DNA from: a bacterium | GTDB lineage: Bacteria; UBA10199; 2-02-FULL-44-16; JAAZCA01 | Direction of reading: 5' to 3' | Length of the DNA stretch: 64,000 nucleotides | Assembly: GCA_963674695.2 (NCBI GenBank) | Contig: CAXXGI010000001.1 | Coordinates: forward strand, 288,001 to 352,000 | Shown here: positions 10,212 through 17,962 of the stretch, piece by piece | Position numbering within the stretch: the stretch's first letter is position 1 | Layout: every line of letters starts with the position of its first letter | Made by a program: the position numbers and the translations under genes | Notes under the pieces: generated by a model | Database searches by the model: none | What the model saw: only the letters and a program-made list of their open reading frames with translations | Told to the model about the DNA's origin: nothing

Positions 10212-12548
10212 CTATCGATCCTGGCGCACGAAGAAGGCGACCGAGCGCGGAGCGATACGAAAGGGAACTGCACTCCAGTCGCCGCTCGAGTCGATGAGAT
10301 CCTTCTTGGCCATAGGATAGTGTCCTCCAAAGCGCGGATCCTGCGTCTGGAGAACGGGAACCCAGCGCCCCGGCGGCAGGGGGAACTGCAGCAAGCGTTT
10401 TCCGGCGCGATAATCGTGGCGGGAGACATTGACGCCCACGATCACCGCATCGTCATCCGCCTCGCGCATGAGGGCCAAGAATCCCGTATCGACCGATTCG
10501 TAGATCCGCTTGATCGAATCGGGCGCATGCGATTGCAACGCCGGATGATCGCGGCGAAACGTATTCAAGGCCGCCATGAGGGCATCGGTGGGTGGATGTT
10601 CATCGAGCGGATCGCCTAAGCGCATGCGCAAAGCACTCTCGAGCATGGCATTGGCGTGATCGGTCTGTTCCGCGATATTCGCATATCGGGGATGATCGAC
10701 ACGCTCACGCATGTCGCGCACGAAGGGAAAGGGTCGCATCCAGCCCTGAAAGACCATGGGAATGCCGCGCGCAGCGAAGATGACCCCCAGGGCCATGCGA
10801 TAGGCGGGCAGCGACATGAGCTGCGCCATGCGCGTCCCGCCATAGTTCCCGCACTCATCATGACTCTCGAAGAAATTGACGAGCCCTTCGGTCATCGTAT
10901 CGAAGAGATCGTGAACCGTTACATGCCGATCGCTTCGCGCACGAAACATGTTGAGCAGCACGTGCATCAGTTCAAAATTCCAGGACAGTTCAATGCCACT
11001 CGTGTTCGCAACCTCTTTCCACGCATCGCCGTAACGACCATCCTCGGCGATGAGCACCGCTCGTTCATCAACGGCCTTGGCCGCATCGTGCAATCGATGC
11101 AGAGCGTTTGCATTGGCATCGCGATAGGATTGCAGGTGAGCGACCCTCGGATCGGGAATGCCGATATAGGAGGTCATATCCAGCCGAATGCCGTCGACCC
11201 CGTATTCGTCGATCCACATCTGCATGACCCGATCGCTGATATCGAGATTCTGTTCGACGATATAGCGCCGCTCCGGAATCTCGGCTCCCCTGCCGTCGAG
11301 CCCGGCAAAATCGAGACCACGCCCCCACTTCGCCCCCGGGGGCCCGACCTCGACGGGCGATAACCGATCATTGAAGAGATGATGAAAAACACCTTCGGTC
11401 CCCAGATGGTTGAGCTGAACATCGAGCACGACGGAAAGCCCCATCTCATGGAGCATGCGCACCGCCGCGCGCATCTCATCGGGCGTCCCCAGACGACTCT
11501 CCGGCGCAAACGGATGCGTGCCGTCATACCCCCAGTTGGCCCCTCCCGGAACCTCGGAGGGAGGCATGATCTCCACGGTGTTGAACCCGCGATCGATGAT
11601 CCAGCGTTTGAGGCGCGCGCGCCCTTCCTCCGAAACGAGCCCCTTCCAGGTGCCGTCGGGAGAAAAGGTGGACAGGTGTATTTCCGAAAGACGCATCTGT
11701 TCGCGCGTGCGAAAGCGATGTTTCTGTCGGCCCCATTCGAATGCAGAGGGCTTCACCACCTCGGAGGGTCCGAAGACGTCAAAGGGTTGAAAACGCGACC
11801 AGGGATCGGACAGACGATAGGTGGTGCCATCCGAGGCAACGACCTCGAACAGATAGTGAGAACCGTGGGGAAGCTGTTCGGTCGCGATCAGATAGTTGCC
11901 ATGCAAATCCCGATGCAGGGGAAGGCGATGCTTCGGCACGAGCTCCCGCCAATGCTGCATCTCCGCATCCAGGTCATCCGGGAGGGGCTCGAGGTCCTCG
12001 CGGGAGACAACGATGAGCGTCGCGCTCTTCAGGTGCGGCGCCCAGAGACGCACGACGGTCTGGTCATCCATGACGGTCGTCCCCTCCGGAATGATGCGAG
12101 AGAAGAGCATCCGCGCCATATCCACGCCGAAGGCCTGTTCAAGGGGATCGATACCGGTGACGGCGAAGTCCCAGGGTTTATTGAGACCCGCCAGGGCTTC
12201 ATCTATTCGACCTTCACCGATGGCGTCCTTCCACTTCTTGATCCATCCCTTCACCCGGCGAAGCGTGTTGCGATCCGGTTCCATGCCGTCATCGTCCCCA
12301 CCACCGCCGCCGGCGCCGCCGATGACGTCGCCACGCCCTGAATCAAACGGGATCGCAAACACCGAAGATGCTCCGGTCCCGCTGTTTTCCACCGGCACCG
12401 GACCCGCTTGGAAATAGGAATCGAGGACATCGGTACCGTCTGACAGCGCCCCCATACCCATCTCGCCAACCGAGTCGACCTCCTGACCCAGGGGCATGAA
12501 CGAAAAGCGACCGGGGAAGAACAATGCTGGATTATAAATGGTGCTCAT
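10212..12548 (-). CDS. GH13 glycoside hydrolase (TreZ/branching-enzyme-like, CBM48) with long N-terminal extension
   Basis: VRLWAPH, DPWS, NWGYD, DVQLNH; catalytic GIRLD, IAED and SHDE all present. Confidence 0.85.
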   Translation of the reverse strand: MSTIYNPALFFPGRFSFMPLGQEVDSVGEMGMGALSDGTDVLDSYFQAGPVPVENSGTGASSVFAIPFDSGRGDVIGGAGGGGGDDDGMEPDRNTLRRVKGWIKKWKDAIGEGRIDEALAGLNKPWDFAVTGIDPLEQAFGVDMARMLFSRIIPEGTTVMDDQTVVRLWAPHLKSATLIVVSREDLEPLPDDLDAEMQHWRELVPKHRLPLHRDLHGNYLIATEQLPHGSHYLFEVVASDGTTYRLSDPWSRFQPFDVFGPSEVVKPSAFEWGRQKHRFRTREQMRLSEIHLSTFSPDGTWKGLVSEEGRARLKRWIIDRGFNTVEIMPPSEVPGGANWGYDGTHPFAPESRLGTPDEMRAAVRMLHEMGLSVVLDVQLNHLGTEGVFHHLFNDRLSPVEVGPPGAKWGRGLDFAGLDGRGAEIPERRYIVEQNLDISDRVMQMWIDEYGVDGIRLDMTSYIGIPDPRVAHLQSYRDANANALHRLHDAAKAVDERAVLIAEDGRYGDAWKEVANTSGIELSWNFELMHVLLNMFRARSDRHVTVHDLFDTMTEGLVNFFESHDECGNYGGTRMAQLMSLPAYRMALGVIFAARGIPMVFQGWMRPFPFVRDMRERVDHPRYANIAEQTDHANAMLESALRMRLGDPLDEHPPTDALMAALNTFRRDHPALQSHAPDSIKRIYESVDTGFLALMREADDDAVIVGVNVSRHDYRAGKRLLQFPLPPGRWVPVLQTQDPRFGGHYPMAKKDLIDSSGDWSAVPFRIAPRSVAFFVRQDR

Positions 12549-12568
12549 AGGGATTCATCCTTCTCCCC

Positions 12569-12596
12569 CTTATCGCGGATAGGCAAAAAAAGTTGC
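12569..12596 (-). promoter_or_regulatory. GCAAC-N15-GCGATAAG motif (sigma-28-like promoter), copy 1
   Basis: Minus strand GCAAC TTTTTTTGCCTATCC GCGATAAG, about 20 nt upstream of the GH13 ATG. Confidence 0.65.
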
Positions 12597-12685
12597 GCGA
12601 TCTCTTCCCAAAAGAAGGTCGGAATAATCCATTCATTTCAATAAGATACAGCAGATCCTGCGCGCATTCGCCCGACAGAACCCCA

Positions 12686-13876
12686 TCAGGCGCCCATGAG
12701 GCCCGGCAGATGTGCCTTGATTCGCTCGGCGGCGGTCTCGCATTCGGCCTCCGAGGGAACGAGGGCAAAGCGCACGAACCCCTCCCCCGGATTGCCTTCA
12801 GGGGTTTCCTCGCTCACCCAACCGCCCGGCGTGGATACGACCGCGATCTTCGGATCGAGCAGATGCTGGGCAAACTCAACCGAACTCACCCCATCGGGCA
12901 CGCGCTGCCAGATATAGAGCGTCGCATCCGGCGTGCAGTCGGGCAGTCCCATCTCGACAAAGGCGCGCGCCATGATGTCGCGCTTGCGGCGATAGAGCCC
13001 GCGCAGATTCTCCACGTGCGCTTCATCGCCGAGGGCAGCCACCGCCGCATCCTGGATGAAGTTCGCCGTGCCGGAATCGACATTGGTCTTGAGCTTCTTG
13101 AAGGCATCGACGATGCGCGCATCGCCCGCGATCCAGCCGACACGATAGCCGGTCATGCAACTGCGTTTGGACAGCGACTGAAAGACCACCACGCCATCGC
13201 GCGCCACCTCGAGAATCGAAGACGGCGGTGTTCCGTAATAATTTTCCGAGTAGGCCTCGTCGGAAGCGATGATGATGTCGTTGTCCTGGCCAAACCGCAC
13301 CACGCGTTCGAAAAAATCGCGATCGGCTGTGACGCCCGTGGGATTATTCGGATAGTTGATCCACATGAGCCGCGCACGTTTCCGAACATCACTGGGGATC
13401 GCATCGAGATCGGGGAGAAAATTGTTCTCGGGCAGCAGGTTCATGAAGTGTACCTGGCCTTCGGCAAAGCGCGTGCCACGCGTATAGGGCGGATAGCCCG
13501 GGTTGGGCACGAGCACGACATCCCCCGGATCGATGAAGGCCTCGGGAAAATTGAAGACCGCCTCCTTCGATCCGATGGAGGCGCAGATCTCGCGCTCCGG
13601 ATCAAGAGCAACGCCAAAGCGGTTTTTCGTCCAGGCAACGATCGCGTCGCGAAAACGACGCGCGCCGACGTAGCTCGGATAGCCCCCCTGCATGTGTTCA
13701 TCCACGCTGTGCTTGACCGCCTCGCGCACGACCGTGGGCGTGGGCTCAGACGGGTCGCCGACGCCGAAGTCGATCGGATCGATACCGGCGCGTTTCAGTT
13801 CGGCCACCCGCTCCGTGACGGCGGCGAAGGCATACGTGGGCAACTCGGACAAGCGCTTGGATAATTGAATCTGCAT
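12686..13876 (-). CDS. dapL: Class I/II PLP aminotransferase, LL-diaminopimelate aminotransferase-like
   Basis: GVGDP, IGSKEA, PNPGYP, NYPNNPTG, DEAYSE, SLSKRSCMTGYRVG; start at MQIQLSKRL. Confidence 0.75.
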   Translation of the reverse strand: MQIQLSKRLSELPTYAFAAVTERVAELKRAGIDPIDFGVGDPSEPTPTVVREAVKHSVDEHMQGGYPSYVGARRFRDAIVAWTKNRFGVALDPEREICASIGSKEAVFNFPEAFIDPGDVVLVPNPGYPPYTRGTRFAEGQVHFMNLLPENNFLPDLDAIPSDVRKRARLMWINYPNNPTGVTADRDFFERVVRFGQDNDIIIASDEAYSENYYGTPPSSILEVARDGVVVFQSLSKRSCMTGYRVGWIAGDARIVDAFKKLKTNVDSGTANFIQDAAVAALGDEAHVENLRGLYRRKRDIMARAFVEMGLPDCTPDATLYIWQRVPDGVSSVEFAQHLLDPKIAVVSTPGGWVSEETPEGNPGEGFVRFALVPSEAECETAAERIKAHLPGLMGA

Positions 13877-13885
13877 GAACGTTCC

Positions 13886-13923
13886 TCTCGTGGTCTCGTG
13901 GTCTCGTGGTCTCGTGGTCTCGT
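13886..13923. repeat. 8-bp tandem repeat TCTCGTGG x4.75
   Basis: Perfect units immediately upstream of the aminotransferase RBS. Confidence 0.9.
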
Positions 13924-14001
13924 AAAGTCGTGAAAAAAGCCTTTTGGTGCAAGGGGATTCGCACGTTCTTCCGCATCGAAAAGAAAAATTTTGCCAAGGG
14001 G

Positions 14002-14031
14002 TTGACAAGTGAACGGGCGTTCACTTACGGT
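14002..14031 (+). promoter_or_regulatory. Sigma-70-type promoter overlapped by a palindromic operator (GAAC-N4-GTTC, SOS-box-like)
   Basis: TTGACA at 14002; palindrome AAGTGAACG-GG-CGTTCACTT at 14007-14026. Confidence 0.7.
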
Positions 14032-14037
14032 GGGGAC

Positions 14038-14274
14038 ATGGCACAACGAACAAACCAAGGCAGAAACGGGGCTTTTCTTCGGCGGCTGCTCAAGCATCTG
14101 GCCGCACAGCAAGAGGATGCTGTCATCGAGCCCATCCGCCCCTATTGGCGCTCAAACTGGAATGAGCCGGAGCCCGGCGCCCCCCAACTGGATCTGTTCG
14201 ACGAATTTCACCAAGACCCTTGTCCCTCGATAAGGCGCCTGGATCACGATGAATCCAGCCTCCTATACGACTGA
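14038..14274 (+). CDS. Small hypothetical protein with a QLDLF beta-clamp-binding-like motif
   Basis: 78-aa ORF downstream of the promoter/operator; contains PQLDLFDE. Confidence 0.5.
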   Translation: MAQRTNQGRNGAFLRRLLKHLAAQQEDAVIEPIRPYWRSNWNEPEPGAPQLDLFDEFHQDPCPSIRRLDHDESSLLYD

Positions 14275-14385
14275 TGACGGCACCTCCGTCCCACCCCTCC
14301 CCCTGTGTTTCCCCCCCTTCGCAGGGGGAGGGGCGTGGGGAAAACCAGGTCTGAAAAAATGGGGATCTCTCAAAACCTATAATGA

Positions 14386-14462
14386 GTCACCGCGAGGGGA
14401 AAATGGAGACCTTTTTTACAGGGTTATCGGAAAAAAGGTCTCCATTCTCCCCGGGAGGTGAC
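14386..14462. repeat. Long palindromic element upstream of the lexA-like gene
   Basis: GGGGAAAATGGAGACCTTTTTT (14396-14417) / AAAAAAGGTCTCCATTCTCCCC (14431-14452), plus GTCACC / GGTGAC outer arms. Confidence 0.8.
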
Positions 14463-14509
14463 ATCAATAATTGAGCTTTGAGAAACACTCGAATTATTTG
14501 GATACAACG

Positions 14510-15085
14510 ATGAACAACATTGAAGAGACAAAACTCGATATCCTCCGGCGCTTCTGGCGCGCGAACCGGCGCATGCCCACCTATTCGGAGATGTGCCGCA
14601 TCTTCGGCTACAGTTCGAAGAATGCCGCGTTTCGCTTTGCCAAGAAACTCCTCGACGAGGGGTATGTCGAAAAGGATCCGGCCGGGCGCCTCATCCCGCA
14701 GGGGGATCGATTCGGCATTCCGCTCATGGGGTATGTGCAGGCGGGTTTCCCCTCGCCCGCTGAAGAGGAACTCATCGACACGCTCTCGCTCGATACCTAC
14801 CTCATCGATAAGCCGGAGGCATCGTTCCTCCTCCAGGTCTCGGGCGACTCGATGATCGATGCGGGGATCCACGAAGGCGATCTGGTCATCATCGAACGCG
14901 GGCAGAATCCAAAAAACGGCGACATCGTCCTGGCCTGCGTCGATAACGACTGGACGCTCAAGTACTATCAGCGCCGCAGCGGGGCCGTCGAACTCGTCCC
15001 CGCCAATGCGAAGTATCCCATCATCCGCCCCGAGAACGACCTCACCCTGGGCGGCATCCTGCGCGCGGTGATCCGCAAATACTGA
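14510..15085 (+). CDS. lexA: LexA-family repressor (HTH plus S24 peptidase)
   Basis: MPTYSEM HTH, VQAGFPSPA cleavage site, catalytic GDSM Ser and TLK Lys. Confidence 0.8.
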   Translation: MNNIEETKLDILRRFWRANRRMPTYSEMCRIFGYSSKNAAFRFAKKLLDEGYVEKDPAGRLIPQGDRFGIPLMGYVQAGFPSPAEEELIDTLSLDTYLIDKPEASFLLQVSGDSMIDAGIHEGDLVIIERGQNPKNGDIVLACVDNDWTLKYYQRRSGAVELVPANAKYPIIRPENDLTLGGILRAVIRKY

Positions 15086-15136
15086 CAACGAACCGAAGCG
15101 ATTGACAGATATCCCATCGCCCCCCATATACGCCTC

Positions 15137-15811
15137 ATGTTTCAGACCAAGACCATCCGCACCATCCTCGACGCCCTTGCGCGTCACTATCCTCGTGGAG
15201 CAAAACCCTGGACAGGCGGTGCCGATCCGTTTCAGACGACGATCGGCACGATCCTCTCGGCGCAGACCACCGATGACCAGGTCGATCGCGTGACGCCAGA
15301 ACTCTTTCGACGATATCCCACGCCCGCGAAACTGGCCAACGCCAAGACAGCGGATGTGGAGTCCATCATCAAATCGGTGGGACTGCACCAGACCAAGGCA
15401 CGCAACATCATCGCCGCGGCGCGGATGATCGTTTCAGTCTTCGAGGGGTGCATCCCGAAGACGCGCGAAGAACTCGTGAAACTCCCGGGCGTTGGGCGCA
15501 AGACGGCGAACGTGGTGTTGATCAAAGCGTTCGGAAAACCCGCGATGCCGGTGGACACGCACGTCCTTCGCGTCACGAACCGCATCGGCCTGGCAAGCGC
15601 CAAGACGCCGGAGAAGACCGAGACACAGCTCGAAGCGATCATTCCAAAAGCAAAACTCGGTGCCGCCCACTTCTGGCTCATCCACTTCGGCCGCACGATC
15701 TGCACGGCCCGAAACCCACGCTGCCCTGAATGTCCGATCAAGAAGTGGTGCCGCTATCCAAAAAAAACAGAGCCCTTTTTTAAAGGTAGCAACGCGCGAA
15801 CCAGTCCATGA
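15137..15811 (+). CDS. nth: Endonuclease III
   Basis: LSAQTTD, LPGVGRKTANVV, VDTHV, C-x6-C-x2-C-x5-C Fe-S motif. Confidence 0.96.
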   Translation: MFQTKTIRTILDALARHYPRGAKPWTGGADPFQTTIGTILSAQTTDDQVDRVTPELFRRYPTPAKLANAKTADVESIIKSVGLHQTKARNIIAAARMIVSVFEGCIPKTREELVKLPGVGRKTANVVLIKAFGKPAMPVDTHVLRVTNRIGLASAKTPEKTETQLEAIIPKAKLGAAHFWLIHFGRTICTARNPRCPECPIKKWCRYPKKTEPFFKGSNARTSP

Positions 15812-16466
15812 GGAGGTTGGATGTGGCGTGAAAGAGGATGGGGGCGGTGATGCTGCCAGTGCGTTCGCGCAGCCAGCCGAAGACGAGCGCGGGAAAGAAG
15901 ATGGAGAAGTGCCACCAGCGAAAGACGATGAGCGTATGGGCGATAGCAAAGATCACCGCCGTGATAATCCAGGCCCACCCCAGATCCACACCGAAGAGGC
16001 GCCAGCGCTTTTTGCAGATTGCATCCATTGTCGACTGGAAGTAGCCCCGAAAATAGAACTCCTCAGGCAATGCGACGAGGACGATCTGAAAGGCGGCCGT
16101 GTGCAACAGGTTCGGAAAGCTCGCCCAGTGGAAGTCCATGCGATGCCAGACGTAGACCTGCCAAAAATGTGCGACGAGAAAGAAGAGGGGAAAGATGACG
16201 ATGGCGACGATCAGAAAGGTCAGGAGTGAGCGTCGCCATGCCGTCCACCCGCGGTCGAGAAAATCGATCGGCCGACGGCGCACCCACAGGACGATGACCG
16301 GTGCATACAGAAAGAGTACCGCCACGATTGTGGAGACGGCCGGGCCCACAACCGCGGCCCCACGAAACCGGTAGAGGATATGCCCCGCCACCAGGAGCGC
16401 GAGCGTCACGACGATCAACTCGCCGATGAGTTTTCGAGAAGAGGGCTGTGCCGATGGAGCCTTCAC
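15780..16466 (-). CDS. CPBP/Abi-family glutamic intramembrane protease (myxosortase-like)
   Basis: PEEFYFRGYFQ, FAIAH, GWLRERTGS, FHATSN; GTG start overlaps the lgt stop (GTGA). Confidence 0.85.
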   Translation of the reverse strand: MKAPSAQPSSRKLIGELIVVTLALLVAGHILYRFRGAAVVGPAVSTIVAVLFLYAPVIVLWVRRRPIDFLDRGWTAWRRSLLTFLIVAIVIFPLFFLVAHFWQVYVWHRMDFHWASFPNLLHTAAFQIVLVALPEEFYFRGYFQSTMDAICKKRWRLFGVDLGWAWIITAVIFAIAHTLIVFRWWHFSIFFPALVFGWLRERTGSITAPILFHATSNLLMDWFARCYL

Positions 16467-17260
16467 CCAGCATTCCTTTCCGGAAGACGGTCGCGCCGAC
16501 TCTGCACCCGCCAGATAATGAGGCCGGCGATGATCGTGCCGATCATGGCGATCTGCGCGGTCGAGAGCATCCCCCCGAACCAGATTCCCCGATCGACATC
16601 GCCGCGCAAGAATTCGATGAAGAAGCGCGAAACACCATAATAGAAACAGAAGGTCGCCACCACCTGTCCGTAGAATCGGCGATAGCGATAGGTCGGATAG
16701 AGCACGCACCCCATCAGGATGGCGTTGAGCATGTTATAGACCTGGGTCGCATGCAGCGGTTCGTTCAAGTGCGCATAGCCTGCGGTGGAGGCCGGGTCGG
16801 TGAAGGTGAGATGGATGAAGAAGTCGGTCGGCTTGCCGTAGCAACAGCCGACGAGCAGACATCCGATGCGCACGCAGAAGATGACGATAGGCGCAGCTAA
16901 AATCGCCAGATCCAGATAGCGCCAGGTCTGCAGCCGGCGTTTGCGGATATAGATCAGCCAGCCCACGAGCGTTCCCAGAAAAGCACCGATCGAAACAAAC
17001 CCCCCCTGCCAGAAATAGAAGACGCGGATCGGATGTGCCCAGTAATAGGCGGGATTCTCCACCAGGATATGAACGAGGCGCGAGCCGATCACGGAGGCGA
17101 TCACCGCGATGATACCGAAATCGAGGATGACCACCTGATCGGCCCCCTCACGCTTGGCCATGTATGAAACGAAGAAAGTCGAGACGAGCGCGCCCACCAT
17201 GATCATGAAGAAAAACGATGGCACGCCCGTATCGCCGATGTGAAAGAGAAATGGTCTCAT
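16463..17260 (-). CDS. lgt: Prolipoprotein diacylglyceryl transferase, divergent paralog
   Basis: GSRL, WQGG, RIGC...GCCYG, HATQVY, RFFIEFLRGD. Confidence 0.85.
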   Translation of the reverse strand: MRPFLFHIGDTGVPSFFFMIMVGALVSTFFVSYMAKREGADQVVILDFGIIAVIASVIGSRLVHILVENPAYYWAHPIRVFYFWQGGFVSIGAFLGTLVGWLIYIRKRRLQTWRYLDLAILAAPIVIFCVRIGCLLVGCCYGKPTDFFIHLTFTDPASTAGYAHLNEPLHATQVYNMLNAILMGCVLYPTYRYRRFYGQVVATFCFYYGVSRFFIEFLRGDVDRGIWFGGMLSTAQIAMIGTIIAGLIIWRVQSRRDRLPERNAG

Positions 17261-17338
17261 AAAAACCTCGAAGGACGATGGACGACCGCGAATGCGATTC
17301 GCTCGGACGAAGGACGAAAAATCACGTCTCCTCCCGCA

Positions 17339-17869
17339 TCAACGAGCAGTCCGTTTTTCAAACAGAGCCGACCAGATGAGCAGGATCATCGCAACCGTAA
17401 TCGCGCTGTCGGCGATATTGAACGCGGGCCATTCGAGTGCAGTCTGTACCTGCCAGCCCCCGATCGAGAAATCCAGGACGTGGTCGCCGAGATGAAATGA
17501 GAGGAAGTCGACCACCGATCCCAGACGCACGCGGTCGAGGATATTGCCTGCAATTCCGCCGAAGATGAGCGCGAGCGAAACCTGCAGGAGGCGATCGCGA
17601 TCGGGCAGCGATCGGTAGAGAAAACCCAGAGCGATCGCTGCAACCGCAGCGACCGCATAGAAAAACGGCACGCGCACCGAAGCGCTCATGGTCGAGAAGA
17701 GCCCGAAGGCCGCACCGAGATTACGAAAGTGCACCAGGTCGAAAAAACCCGGAATGATGGGGATACGCATCCCCTCGGGAATCCAGGCCAGGACCGCCAG
17801 TTTCGAGAGCTGATCGAGGATAAAGACCAGCGGCGCAATGATGATGAGCAATCGATATTTGAGTGACAT
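17339..17869 (-). CDS. lspA: Signal peptidase II
   Basis: DQLSK, NLGAAFG, GNILDR, VVDF, WPAFNIAD; GAGGAG RBS. Confidence 0.96.
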   Translation of the reverse strand: MSLKYRLLIIIAPLVFILDQLSKLAVLAWIPEGMRIPIIPGFFDLVHFRNLGAAFGLFSTMSASVRVPFFYAVAAVAAIALGFLYRSLPDRDRLLQVSLALIFGGIAGNILDRVRLGSVVDFLSFHLGDHVLDFSIGGWQVQTALEWPAFNIADSAITVAMILLIWSALFEKRTAR

Positions 17870-17885
17870 GAAACTCCTCAAGAGC

Positions 17886-17929
17886 CGTGACTCGTAATTC
17901 GTAACTCGTAACTCGTGACTTGTGACTCG
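17886..17929. repeat. 7-bp tandem repeat CGT(A/G)ACT x6
   Basis: cgtgact cgtaatt cgtaact cgtaact cgtgact tgtgact in the ileS-lspA spacer. Confidence 0.9.
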
Positions 17930-17962
17930 CAAATCGAGGTCCCCGTTTTCACGGGGATGACA

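Noticed and set aside
13746-14112. N-terminal extensions of dapL, lspA and lolA in the ORF track (e.g. RDHETT, VTNYE)
   Set aside because: They are translations of tandem or palindromic repeats upstream of the more likely starts (RBS-supported for dapL and lspA; signal-peptide-based for lolA).
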